A stretch of 63,519 nucleotides of DNA, filler included, from Choristocarpus tenellus KU-1152 (lineage: Eukaryota; Protista; Phaeophyceae), in assembly GCA_964200185.2 (NCBI GenBank). It is 13 parts of 13 records of this genome, joined end to end, with 100 filler letters (N's around TTAATTAATTAA, not from the genome) between each part and the next. Parts side by side here need not be neighbours in the genome. Positions count along the whole stretch, not along the records: positions 35,918 to 38,481 come from CAXNAD020026732.1; positions 38,582 to 43,202 come from CAXNAD020013760.1; positions 43,303 to 45,970 come from CAXNAD020025806.1; positions 46,071 to 50,912 come from CAXNAD020012834.1; 9 more parts are not named here. The stretch is one strand, 5' to 3'. Positions 37,906 through 51,012 of this stretch are shown piece by piece. Position numbers and translations under genes: made by a program. How positions within the stretch are numbered: position 1 is the stretch's first letter; each line of letters begins with the position of its first letter. Under the pieces are notes generated by a model that did no database searches, was not told the DNA's origin, and saw nothing but the letters and a program-made list of their open reading frames with translations.

Positions 37906-38879
37906 CTAGACCATTAACATTTGTAGCCATCTCTCGATCTCTATGTTTGCAGATGGAGAGTAGATGAGTCCGCTTAATGATGGTGTGTGGAACATAGTGA
38001 CTGTTGAGTTTTGAGTTGTATCTCTGTGTAAATTCTTCAAAATGGAATGATGTATACAAATTTGTAAAATTTCTTGTTTTCCCCCTACCACATCTAGAAA
38101 ATGCCAGAGAAGATAGTAAAATAATATATACCAAAAAATAAAATATTATACTACGATCTCAAAACAAAATGAAAAAAGGGATGTGAATATTATTTTGGTG
38201 GAAGAGGGCGAAGAAAGTTCAAGAGACAGAAAAGGGAGACGTACGGACGAAGATACACGACGAACCACCATTACAAGAATAGTTGAACAAGGTGGACTGG
38301 ATGATGGTTTCGTGAAGAGTGGGTTTCCCACCTCCGACTGGGATGGAAGCTCAAGAAAAAGGTAAATTAACCCAAAAAAGGTACTCACAATGGAACAGAC
38401 AGGTATTGTTACAGGCGAGTAGCGCGAGTATTTCTTCCCCCGCTTTGACTGGCGCGAGCAGTATACGCGCGTGGAGAACCCNNNNNNNNNNNNNNNNNNN
38501 NNNNNNNNNNNNNNNNNNNNNNNNNTTAATTAATTAANNNNNNNNNNNNNNNNNNNNNNNNNNNNNNNNNNNNNNNNNNNNCATAAATAAAACCAATAAC
38601 TAATTCAAATAAAAAGTCTAATATAGACCAATAAGCCAAAGAGGGTACTATGCCCATGAGGTAGACGTTTGCTGCAGGGGAAAACGAGGAGTTGAAAGTC
38701 CAAATTCTTCACTTCTTTCTCATAAAAAAAGAAGGATGCGTAATACTATAAGGAGTAGAACGTTCCGGGAACAAATAGCATACATAGATTGTCTTTATTG
38801 ATAATATATTTAGAGGGAAAACACCAGTCCTTGGAATTATTTATTACTTTTTATATACAATATTTTAGTCAATTCCATA

Positions 38880-38924
<45 letters not shown>

Positions 38925-39522
38925 CTGATAGATACATAGATGTATCCCATAGCTAAAATCAAAGCTTCGTGCAGACACTACTCCAGTGGACAGTTGAGAT
39001 GAGCTCGAGGCCAATACAAAACCCAAAACTACTTGAAGTACCTGATAAAAATCACAACTTGTGAAAAAAATGTGTTTGTCTGAAGCGGAATCCACCACGA
39101 AGTGCTAGTGCTTTCAAGCGGAACCCCTCTGTCAGTCGCATGGTTACCCCCACTCTCAGGATGAACCTAAGCCATGAACCTTAACCTAACCCAAAGAGAA
39201 CTCAAAATTGCCGTGTCTTTTTGTACCTGTTTAGTTTCTCCACCTTGTCCGACCTCCTGCTCTGTTTCCTCTCCACCACCTTCTCCCTTCCAACGCTCGA
39301 ACCGCAACCCCATGATGCTCATCACGTCCTCCAGTCCCGTCTTTCCTGTGGTTTCCAATTTGCGACCTGTTCAAGAGGCCCAAGTGAAACGTTCTTCTCT
39401 TGTTAATGCCGGCCGAGGTATCGTTTCCCTCGGATACTCCGGATGCCCCAGATGTATCAGTTATAGCAATTATCATTATTGGCTGCTGATGGAACAGCAG
39501 GCAGAGTGATATCGGAGTCTAT

Positions 39523-40337
39523 TCATGACCCACCATTGTCGCCGTTCAAGAAACTTGGAGTAGCATCTAATGTTTGGGGAGAGCCAGTTCTGTCATCGAT
39601 ACGTTTTTGTATCCTTTCGCTGTCTGGCTGTGGGGAAGATTCTGGCGTAACTGACGCTATCTTGGACAGAGCAGGGTATGTCCTACATCCAAAGAAGGTT
39701 TTTGCGCAAAGAGATTTCCAAAGCCGATTGTAGAGAGTGTTGGCAAGGAAAGATGCAGATGGACGGAGAGGTAGTACAAGCTTAGCTGGAGCAATTCTTG
39801 GGTGGTGGAAGGATCTAGGCAGTTTCAAGGTTTCGTTTTGTCCCGCAAAGAAAAATGGGAAAATAGAGTGACTGAGCCAAAGGTAGGGAATGAGAGTGTA
39901 CAAATACAAATAACTACCCTTTCAGTTGAACCTGGTTGCTTAGGATGATACGTCGTGACTGCACTTCACCTACAAGTACAGGCCCGACGATCTATTTTCC
40001 CTGCAGTGAAAGTGCTACGCCGCGCAGTGATGGCGACCAAACAAGAAAAGGGTATTGTCCGACAATTAGATGGTTGCGCAATATATTAACACGGTCACTG
40101 TTGCCACCGAAAGAAACTAGGTAATACATGGCTTGAACTCACTAATACCTGTGGGGAAATGGCTCAACCACCAACGAAAAATCAGACTTGATGGATTTCA
40201 TGAACCTTGTGGAGGAAGTAGGATGCCAATCACCTTACAGGAACAAGCAGCGAAGGCAACCTGGGACAGAATGCATCAGACACTCCCAAATTGGCACTAA
40301 GAACGAAGAGTAGGAGATGTTCATGAAGACCACCCAT
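39523..40337 (-). CDS. Possible 5' exons of a plastid-targeted protein of unknown function
   Basis: ATG at 40337 gives MGGLHEHLLLFVLSANLGVSDAFCP (hydrophobic stretch + AF cleavage-like motif), with GT donors at 40260 or 40238 that can join the open frame of ORF 39523-39909. Confidence 0.35.
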
Positions 40338-40642
40338 CGTAACCAGCAGCCCACCCCTAGTCAACAATCAAATACTTCCGAAGATCAGTAGCACTTCTCT
40401 CCAGATGCTCTCGTTTGCCTCTAAAAAGGGGCAACGTGATGACCAGGTTATTGATGTGACCAGGTCGTGACTCATTTTTAAACCTCCATGTCATACAGAG
40501 AGAGCCAGCGCAAGGGCGCGACCAGCGCGCGAGAACTTGGATCATGTTATGCCAAGTGGTGTGGTCCCAGGCCCACAGGACAACAACTTCAGGCTGCAAC
40601 CCTCAGGATCTGGCGTAAGGTCCGTGTAGAGAGATCGACCCA

Positions 40643-40918
40643 ATGCGTGATCTTGCGGCGTCGGCGCTCTTCGCGCTGGGGCTGACTGCCAACGCCTCGG
40701 CCGTCCGTTCAGGGGGTATCACAACCAAGAACTTCAACGGAGGAGGAGAAGCTGGAGATATTTCACAGTATGCTGGAGTAACCTCCGAGCAAGAAAGAAA
40801 ATCGTTCGCAAGAGGCTGGGTTTCGCGCGTGAGGGGGGGTTCAACATCTCCTGGTCCTCAGATCAGAGGTAACGATGAAGAGAAAGGCAGCAGCAAGTTC
40901 AGCACTGCAGCCGGGAAG
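40643..40918 (+). CDS. First exon of a signal-peptide-bearing protein of unknown function
   Basis: MRDLAASALFALGLTANASA signal peptide, VRGG motif common in stramenopile presequences, AAG|GTGGAA donor. Confidence 0.5.
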
Positions 40919-42596
40919 GTGGAAGCTCAGCTAATTGTCAGATTTCCGAACAGGTGCTTCAAGGCTCCAGCGTAGCACCCCAGTAATCTATGATATGACC
41001 ATGTTTTCATTTTTTGTGCTAGAGATGCTCCGGTGAGGCCTCTAACGATTAACCAAAGCTCTAACCGATGCACATAAGAAGATGAGATAGCAAAAGAGGT
41101 AGAAGGCCCCAAAAGCCCTATCCTGCAAAGATACATCGTCACATTTCCATGGAAAAACGTTGTACCTCGTCGGTGGAAATCTCTCTGTTCTAAACCGTCG
41201 TAGATGGCGCTGCAAGGTTGTACTGAAATAGAGAGTCTATTGCATGCATGGTATTTGGAGAGTAGTGGTGCTTGAGACTTGTGATTTTGTAAGATCAATT
41301 CCACATGTGAACCTTATTAACGAATGTAAGCAGCTAGTTGCAACTCAACACTGTTCATATAGTAGTTTCCTATTCCTTGTTCAGTGTTAGCAATATTGTA
41401 TAGCTCGTCTCGCACATTGGTTAACAGTTGGCAACGATTACACAATCTCGCTTGGGGATGCCCCATTGACCAACGTATGTATATCAGCACTAGTATCTTG
41501 GGTGCTTGAAGTGAAAAAAAAAAAATTCCGTCGAGACCGGTTTTTCGAAGGGTGTATGCTGTTAGTATGGATGGTGTAAACAGTTTGGTTTAAACCAAAA
41601 TTTAAGCACCTCATTTGTTCTCTCCCTTACTCTCTCTCCTTCTTTAGCGCTGCAAGAGAATATTTCCTCTCCTTCTGACTGACCATAGTACCTCCAATTC
41701 TGTTGCCTCTGCTTATCTTTCCAATGTGCATTAACACATAATGTACATCAATGTATATGAATTCTTGTATGAAGAGTGATATGTGACGAGGCCTTTGACG
41801 GTGGAGGGGAGGGGAGGGATGAGGATGGTGCAGAAGATGCCGTGTTCCTTAGCCCCACAAAGATGGAAACCCTTGGTGAGTTGGAATTGGTCATTTAACA
41901 TGTGGAGTGCTCCTTCTAGCTCTATCCATTCTTATCTACTTTGAGTACCTTTGGGACTCAAGCCCTTGCAGATACCCTGAGCCCTTTCATGGGGCCCTTA
42001 TAGCACAAGTACCTCTCTTGGATACAAAACATATCAGCAGGCACATTTTGTTTGGCTTAAGCACCCCCTTGTACATCATCTTTGCAGTACATCGGTGGCT
42101 AATGTACTTTGTGATCCATTGTCAAACTTTGCAAGGATATTCCCTACAGATAGGCCGATCCTCTGACCCCGGCCAGATGCAGTGTTATGCTTATGTATAC
42201 GTATATAAATATACATATATCTGCAAGGACTCTCTCTCTCTCTGTCTATGGGCTTGCTTCTACTTGTTTAGAAGAGAGAGTGGTGACATACAAATACACA
42301 CAGCATGACTGCAGATTATAACCTTGATTCAATCCAATCGAATTTGAGGAAATCAATATTTGGAAACGTATACTGTGGCAAGTTGGGGCTGCTTGTCGTC
42401 GGAGAGTCTGCATAGTCAACACCAGATGTTTACCTCTCTTGGTAATGCTCCTGAGAGTATTTTTAACTTCTCTTTACCTGGTCGACATTGGTACTTTCCG
42501 AATCATATACGTATCCCCACAACACCCCAGACTCCTCCAACTTACTCCTCTACAAAATATGAAACCATCTATGGTTCGTTAAGATAGAAACCAGAC

Positions 42597-42775
42597 TCTC
42601 TAAAAGTATCGGAGGGGGGGTGGGGTGGTGGATGTCCATTTTGGGCACCTTTTTTCCATGTCGCGATTTTTGGTTGATTTGGTTGCATGCATCGGATGAA
42701 TAACGTAAGTGCACCTTTCCTGGTCAGGGCCCAAATGGACACCCTGGTGTAGACCCCCCCCCCCCCCCCCCCCTT
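42597..42775 (+). mobile_element. MITE family A, degenerate ends
   Basis: AAAGTATCGG...GTCCATTTTGG...GGCCCAAATGGACACCCTGGTGTAGACCCC. Confidence 0.85.
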
Positions 42776-43850
42776 ACATGCTTCAAGCCACTGTCCACCT
42801 TGTTGTGCACTTCGCAGCGATCCAGGCCAGAGTTGGTTTTCGCTTGAGCTTAGGTCGAGAGCTCCGATTGGACGGAAAACCTACACGTGTAACAAAGCTT
42901 GTGTGCTGTTTTGTGTTGTCGGTTAGTGTTAGGGTTAGGGTTAGGGTTAGTGTTAGGGTTAGTATTGAAGTGTTGTAAGAGAACATTCAAATGTGTGTCG
43001 GGAACCAGTGACTTCTTTGACAGATAACCTTTCGTCAGTATAATGGTAGTAAGTATTGAAGATGTTAACTTCTTGTCCCACCTCCCCACAATGTGACCCA
43101 AGCACCGCTTCTGGCTATAGGTGTCACCCCAAGAAGCAGTAACTCCTGCCCACCCTCCTCTCGAACCCACCCACCCTATCCCTAGGCTCACACAACCATT
43201 CCNNNNNNNNNNNNNNNNNNNNNNNNNNNNNNNNNNNNNNNNNNNNTTAATTAATTAANNNNNNNNNNNNNNNNNNNNNNNNNNNNNNNNNNNNNNNNNN
43301 NNGGGGCGGGTTGTTTCCTGTCCTTTCTTTTCCGGGTTTTTTTTTGGGGGGGGGGGAGAGTTGCTGTCGCATAGAACACTCTTGCAACAAGTCATTTGAT
43401 CTCATAGAGTCACTATTGACAAGAACTAAACGTATGGGTTGCAGAATTGCCCTTTAAGTTCATCTTGTGCTGTCTTAGGCACGAGTCGATTTAATGACTA
43501 TTTTGGCATTTCTACCTTTCCAGTGTTTCACCTGTAGTTTTCAGTGGCTTTTGGTGCAATCATGTGTTCATGGGCTGTGGTTTGAGCTATTTGAGGGGTC
43601 TATACCCCAGCTGGGAACATAGTTACATTATTTGGAAGTGCCAAATGGTTTTGCACTTGACTCTAGAGTTTGACTTGGAGCTGTTGTCATCCTTGTCAAT
43701 GTGGAGTAGTTTAAACTTACCCCATGGCTCCAGCATTGATTGCTAGTCTGTATGACAACTGTCCCTGCTCCCCCTTCCCCTCTTCCTCCTGACTCCTTCC
43801 CCTTTGTCCCTCTGCCTTTGTGACCCCACCTCCCATGATTGTTTCGATAG

Positions 43851-45496
43851 TTCAACAAAGGACTGTGTGTGCTGGATCCCAGATGGGACAAGTGCATGTC
43901 AAGAGAAGGGGGGGTTGACAATCGAAGACAGGTGGTGTTTTGATTTTTATGGAGGTTCTTGTGATGAGGTTGAGGTGAGAGAGGAGGTCAATAGGGGGGT
44001 GAATTGTGGTGTTTTAGTGGTTTCTTGGCTTCTGACAGGGTTTGACGAGGGTTGGACTCAATTACATAGGTTATTGAGGGCATATTTTTTTCTTTTACTT
44101 CAAGACTCCTCGACATGTGTACACTCAAGGCCCCAGTGGACTGTTTGCTTTTTGTGCTGCTACTGCAGTTGAATGTCCCTGCCTATGTTCCCACTTCACC
44201 AGCGAGGAGTCTCTCTAGTCTAGCGATTTTATTAGTACTTTTCTTCTTGTTTTTGCTGATGCTCATATCGCAGTCATACACAATTTTGACATAATTTTCA
44301 AACTGTCTGGTCACTGCACGGTATGGTAGTCAAGAGTGTGCATACAGAGTGATGGGTGGTGACTGCTCTGGTGTACCTCTTTGGTGGTTGAGATAAGATA
44401 GGATGGGATATGTACTTGGTAGGCATTTGGTCTGTCAGCCCCTGCTGCCGTGTGCTTTCAATGAAGGAGAGTGTTTTGGGTTGTTCACCTTGGATCTTGT
44501 TTTGGAAGTCAGGAAAAGATGCACTTGGAGTTTTGAAGTAAGATTTTATTGTGGTCAATTTTGTGCCCTGTTTGAAATGATGGAGACACAGTACTGATGT
44601 ATTCTGTGCTTGAAGTTTGAACTGTTGACTTCCTTGGGTTGTTTGCTTTCAGCTGCCTCTTCCTCATTTATCTGCTTTTCTGTGCAGGGCAAAGGGTATG
44701 CCTTACATGCACTTTGTAGGTCTGAGCACATGTGTTTTCCTGAGTGTAGAGGATGCCATGACACGACAGTGTAGTGCTCGCACTTTGCAGTTGACATGCA
44801 CCCAATGTTTGCCTTCCCGCAAACATAACTAAATTCGATGTGTTTATGGGAGCTAATGAGTATTATGTGCAGAAATTGGCAATGGGTGGAAAATTCAAGG
44901 TTACATGTGTGTCAACTGCAGACTAGAACAGGTGTCTCTTCACCAAGACTTTGAGCACCTTTGTGTTTCACGTGTACAGTAGGAACACCAGACAATGTCT
45001 TTTTTTTTTGTCAAAGTGTTTAATGCTGTGCGTTTTGTACGTTTTTTCTTTTTAGACTTCAATTAGACGGTGACTGGAGACAATGAGGATACAGACCTTC
45101 GTTTGGATGTCAAATGTGTCAAGGAGGAAAGAATCGAAAATATGGATACTGTCTGGGATTTGAACCTGTGATGTTCACATGATCAGCTTCATGTCATTTC
45201 CGTCTTTCCTCAGTTGAAGTTCATCTTTTGTTGACAAAGGTTGGTACTAACAGGTCATGTTACTATTTTCCTTATGTTTGGCCTCAACCCCTAGCCCCCC
45301 TGCCTCACTCATTCTGTTTGTCATCTTTTTTCTCATTCGATTCGTCTGTTTTTGTGTGTTTTTTTATATTCTTCAACAGGATACGGAAGAGAGTCTGATG
45401 GTGTCTGTTCTCCTTATTTTGATCTTGGGTGTAACAGCATTTTTCTCCTCTATCATTTCCTGCGCTGCTTGCTGCTGCTGCCCAAGAGAACCCTGA
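43851..45496 (+). CDS. 3' part of a cysteine-rich protein with a C-terminal TM segment
   Basis: Cys-rich candidate exon about 43851-43974 (DCVCWIPDGTSACQEKGG...WCFDFYGGSCDEVE) and terminal exon 45380-45496 (DTEESLMVSVLLILILGVTAFFSSIISCAACCCCPREP*). Exons between them not resolved. Confidence 0.45.
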
Positions 45497-45895
45497 TGGA
45501 TGCACTACCACCTATCCAATCCGACCCCAGCATACTACACCTGTGCAGATGTTTACGCTTCTAGAGCTCCTTTCCTAGGAAAGGATAAAAAACATTGAGA
45601 ATGGTGTCTTTGCTCTTCTTTTGGTGAATGGAGCTATGGATCTCTTGTTTCTTTTATGGGAGATTTGGGGTAGGGGAGGGAACAACTTTGCTGTCATTAG
45701 CTTTTTCTTTCTCTTCTGATTAGGGTAGAGGTGGTTGCGTCAATGTTACCATATTTTTTTATATCCTTGTTTTTTGGCATCGAGTGAGTGAAGCCTTTCT
45801 ACCTGCTATTCATTACATTGTGTGGGTTTGAAGTATTCACATAGACGTTTGACACTTGTAAACATAACGTGGCATTGCTTAGAGAGCCCTTTGCA

Positions 45896-45970
<75 letters not shown>

Positions 45971-46070
45971 NNNNNNNNNNNNNNNNNNNNNNNNNNNNNN
46001 NNNNNNNNNNNNNNTTAATTAATTAANNNNNNNNNNNNNNNNNNNNNNNNNNNNNNNNNNNNNNNNNNNN

Positions 46071-46138
46071 CAAAAATCGCGACATGAAAAAATTGACCCC
46101 AAATGGACAGCCACCACCACCCCCAGATACTTTGAGCC
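46071..46138 (-). mobile_element. MITE family A end, inserted into a family B copy
   Basis: ...CCCAAATGGACAGCC..CCCAGATACTTTGAGCC followed immediately by internal family B sequence. Confidence 0.85.
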
Positions 46139-46355
46139 TGTTCTTTGGGGCTTGGCTGTCCACAGGTTTTCAACGACATTGTACTAACTCAAAAATGTTT
46201 TGGAGAAGTGCAATGTATACATTATGGAAAGGAGTGTCCGGAAAAAGGACATTGACATCTCCAAACAAATATGATGGCAAGAATTACAGCAAAAATGCAA
46301 CATTTGAATTCGGCCTCCAAATGGACACGGCTCTACCCCTAAGATACTTCGACCC
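46139..46355 (+). mobile_element. MITE family B lacking its left TIR
   Basis: TTTGGGGCTTGGCT...CCAAATGGACACGGCTCTACCCTAAGATACTTCGACCC. Confidence 0.8.
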
Positions 46356-46968
46356 GCACCCATAATACCAACCCTAACCGTGACCAAAATAAATTGCCTA
46401 CATTTCGAACACTAATCCTAATCCGCCATTTACATATTTCACCTTGCATCGAACACGTCAACGTACAATCAATTCAAGGGTTTTCATCTGAAATGACTAC
46501 AGCGAATTCGACTGGATTTTTTTCCGAAATTGGAACATGTGTTGCAGTCACATATGTTGGGAGTAATCAGACAACTGATCCGAAATAGAAGCAAGATTCC
46601 ACGATGCAATTTCACGCACCACAACATCCGTCTGTCCAGGGTGACGTGGTGACACCTTTGATACGCATGTGTAAGGGCTCCGATAGCATTGGAACCTTTC
46701 CGATAAGGTTAGTATCGGAAATGGACTTACACACCCCTCGATCGTCTTGCTGCGCTTTGGAATTTGATGACTGTGCATGGTTACCCTCCAGACATCTAAC
46801 CCGGGTCGGCGCGTAAATTCCTTTCATCTTCATCTTTCACATTCGAGATTCGACGTGATGTTTTCCTGCTCAGGATTACTGTTTCAAATCGACACACACA
46901 CTCCCAACAATCTTGCCGCGCTTTGGATATTGGTGGCCTTTACCGTTACACAGAATACATGAAATTCA

Positions 46969-47227
46969 GAATGAAAGTATCTTAGACGGTATGAGTTTTG
47001 CCCTGTTTGTCCATTTGGGGTTTGGCTTCCCGTGGATTTTTTTATGATATTTTCCCACTCCAAAATGTTTCGAAGTAGGTCAAATGTATACGTTATGAAA
47101 AGGTGTGTCCAGGACAAGGATACTGACACTTCCTAACAAACACAACAGCCAAAATTAAATCAAAATTGCAACATTGGATTTTGGCTCCCAAATGGACGCG
47201 GTTCTACCCTCCAAGATACTTTGGCTC
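46969..47227 (+). mobile_element. MITE family B, full length, TSD TCA
   Basis: tca|GAATGAAAGTATCTTAGA...CCAAGATACTTTGGCTC|tca. Confidence 0.9.
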
Positions 47228-47921
47228 TCATTTATTACTGTCAGTCCTATGTCAAGCACAAACCTGTGCATGATTGCCCTCTCTACATGTTACCTTGGTC
47301 GGCGCGCAAATCCTTCCCGTCTCCGTCCAGTATAGGTGCGTTCTCATATTCAATATTCATCCCATGTCAACTGGGTTTACCATTTGATATATATTACTAA
47401 ATAGCGACCTTCGAGGAAAGCGCTATGCCATCCTCATGTCCACAGGATCGTTACCCTGAACACCAGTGACGAACACACAGGCAAGCAATTACACCATTGT
47501 ACAACATCGTCATCGTTAACATCCAAACATGGTTCCCTACACCAAATACACAACCTAGACTCTCACATATCTTACGAACGTTTGACAGTTTCACAATGAA
47601 CATTGTCACAGGGTTCTCCGGTTTTATATGTTGCGAAGTTACTCATCGAACAGATTGATTCATAATTTCACTATGTTGTGTACCGATGGTCAGAACCCGG
47701 CAAAAGAAGGGAAATTATGTTGCGGTTACATGCTAGTCCTATACGCATCCTCTTCACCCTATGTTACCATCCCTATTTGTCTTCCTGATTTATGGGCTCG
47801 AATAATCCGCCAAGTCTAACGAACCGCAAGTACTCTAATCCATCCATCCTTTCCTCAGCCCCTGCCTCCTCCGCTGTATCCTGCCTCGCTTACTCCTTCT
47901 CACCAACCTCTACCCCATCCC

Positions 47922-49063
47922 TTGCCTCCTGATGCTAACACTTCCTCCTGTTCTTTTGATTCCTGCTTCGCCACGTCCTTTGCCTACTCCTCCACCATCA
48001 CAGAGATAACACGAGTCACAAACATTGTGATCACGCCAGACAAAAACAACACGTCCAAGCACGACCTTGAGAAGTTCAAGTCCGAAACGAGCACCACCCA
48101 CGAGAGAGAAGTCGCCCTTCTCCAGACCCAACCAGGAGGCATCATTATTACATGCACCACCCCAAGGGACAACCTCGATCCGGATCGTATCAAACTCCTC
48201 ATGGACGATCTCTCCACCTTCCGCAATTTTGCACTGGTGAAGACACCGGTAGCTGGTGGCTTATCCACACGCCTATATCTTGTGGAAGATCCAACCCACC
48301 AGGTGATGAAGAAGAACAAGATAACCCATCGCCTAGCCCTGCAGTAGGTACAGGAAGCAGGACTCTACGAGGGGTGAGGCATACAATCACACCCTCGGAA
48401 CACGACTCTGGAGACAATGGGGACCGACCCGTTTGTAACGCTTTGTCAGGTCCAGAGGAACTTGCACAGGAGGACATGAGGGGCTGGCTAGGCAGGGACT
48501 CAGAGTCCACACCTGTCAGGAGTGACCCATGTATGTCCCCAAACGCCTATTCGGCGGGCAACAGCGGTGACGAGTCCAAGGTGCGAGGGAACACCTACCA
48601 CAATACTGTGGGGCGAAGTGAGAACCACACCCATGCTCATCCAACCACAACACTGAGGGACAAGCTTTCCGTGAAAGGTAGCGGAAAGAGGAAAAGGACG
48701 ATATATCGGAAGGACAGGTTGAGAGAAGACTCTGGAGGCGATGGGGACCAACCCAATTGTGACGCTTTGTCAGGTCCAGAGAAACTTGTACAGGAGGACG
48801 TGGGTGGGCGTTCAGGCACGGAATCAGAGTCCACACCTGTCGGGAGTGACCTCAAAATATCCCCAAACGCCCATTCGGTGGGCAGCTACGGTGATGAATC
48901 ACAAGTCCCAGGCAACACCTACAACCATACTGCGAGGCGAAGTGAGAACCGCGCCCATGCCGATCCTACCCCGACCCCAAGGGACAAGCCTTCCGAGAAG
49001 GGCAAAGGAAAGGGGAAAAGGACGCTAATTAGGAAGAAGAGGGTGAGAGAAGGTGCTGGATAG
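47922..49063 (+). pseudogene. Frameshifted ORF with a 324-bp (108-aa) internal duplication; probably TE-derived
   Basis: ORFs 47922-48347 and 48152-49063 overlap in different frames; repeat units start at 48404 and 48728 and stay in frame. Confidence 0.45.
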
Positions 49064-49786
49064 ATGAGACGCTTCAAACAGCCTCGTGGTCCTGATGGTA
49101 GTGCTTTAGAACCCGGCTTCTTCATAGACATCTTTGCTTCTGCTCAAATGGGCAGATATGCGGTAAATCCGTGTTCATCTACCTCGAGATACGACAATGA
49201 TGACGAAAGGCGATCTCATGGTGATGAGGATTGCGTCACACAGGACGCAGCCGACTCCGGTTATGCATCCAATGTGGGGATCACCAAAGCCTTCATGGAT
49301 GGGCGTGCGTTATCGAGCTCCTACAATCAGCAACGAAACTTGCTTCTTCACAGTATTAAGTGCAGACTCAAATCCTCACCCAAGTCATATACGACCATGG
49401 GTTCAGGATCGTCAAGGCTGTTAAAGGGGTCGCTTTTCTCTTGTTTCAGGGATGAATGTTACGTCCACGAGCCCACACAGGTTAAACTCGGCGATCGTGG
49501 AGGGAAGTCAGGCAACACGTTGCATCCCGAGCATGTGGAAGCACCCCAGGCGAGGAAGGCTATCTTCTTGAGCCTCGTGAAGCCCGAACCTTGGAACGCC
49601 AGGTACACACCTAAATCTATGGCACGTTCTTGTCAAGGCATACCCTAAGCTCACAGAGTGGTGGGAGAAAGGTGACGAGTGCAATTTCGAGTCCGCCCAC
49701 CAATTGAAATAGGGCTTCAGTCGTTTCAGTTTTTTGTTGAAGTACGGGTAGAGTTACAGCTACATTGCTTTATGCATAACACACAT

Positions 49787-50557
49787 GTGGTTGGATCTTC
49801 AACCACTACAGCCTCTGCCGCCTCGGGAAAGCAGGAAGAGAGCGACGAGTCCATCACCTGGTGGTACAGTGACGAAGTCTGTGGGGAAGCCTGGTCATGG
49901 CAGGCGAAGGGAGAACCGGAGTGTGGCCGCCCGAAGGGAAGATTGGGGAAGAGAGCGGTACGACTGTGTGCCATTGCACTCAGGAAACGCCTATGCAAAA
50001 ACCCGGGTCTAGAATATCTTAGTATTCGATAGTTGCAGCAGGCCCTGGCTGTTTGGAAGCTATGCAAGCCGGAGTGACTTAAGGAAACGAGAAAGGTGTT
50101 AGGGTTGGAGTACAAGGGCCCTGAAGCCCGAAACAAGGTCGAAAGGGCTCGCAAGACGGAGGAGAAAGCGATCGTAACAAAGGCAGCGGTAGAGACTTTT
50201 CGGTACCACCAAATCCTCTACTTAGAAGAGATCGCAAAGCAGGTGGGGGCAGCCATCGACGAGGACACCAGGGAAGAAGAGGAGGTGACATTGAGACTAT
50301 TTACACCCCGATGGTTTGGTGTCTCCCACTTCTTGCAAGATGCTGTACATTAACTTTTGTTCCTGGACTTAGGGTTGGACGCATAAAGTTGATTAAGGCT
50401 TCTCTCCCCGCCTGCATTCATTTGAGAAATCGACACAATTTTCGATCAACTCAAGCCTGTCTTCCCTCGTCTTTGCGCCTTGATGATAAACATCACCCGC
50501 CCAGGAAACACGGACGGCGCCCATTTCCGGCGCTCAACAAGGAAATGTGATAGTAAA
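49787..50557 (+). mobile_element. Decayed coding repeat (copy 2 of the element at 31738-32440)
   Basis: Shared peptides GKQEE, PKGRLG, AVRL.AIALRK.L...PG.EYLS, LGL.YKG; carries about 370 bp absent from copy 1. Confidence 0.7.
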
Positions 50558-51012
50558 ATGTGCAAAATAGGACAATAGTGAGGCGTACCTTATTTTATGT
50601 ATGAGAAATGTAACTAATGACTAGTACATCCGGATTACGAATGGGAATATGTATGGGTTTTTATTCTGCATTCAACTACTTTGACATAACCATGGACTTA
50701 TGTATGAGGCATAAATAATAATAAACAAGCAATGAGAAGACACCCCACAAAGGTCACATCAGTGTACCTTGCCTTGGTGTCCGACTACCATATTCATGCA
50801 CTTTCCATTCGATGAGTTGTGTGTTAAAACATAGGCTACTCATTTGTTTCTTGTTGATATGATACACATACTACCAACTTGTACTGACTGTTGATTGGTG
50901 CACTGCACTGGTNNNNNNNNNNNNNNNNNNNNNNNNNNNNNNNNNNNNNNNNNNNNTTAATTAATTAANNNNNNNNNNNNNNNNNNNNNNNNNNNNNNNN
51001 NNNNNNNNNNNN

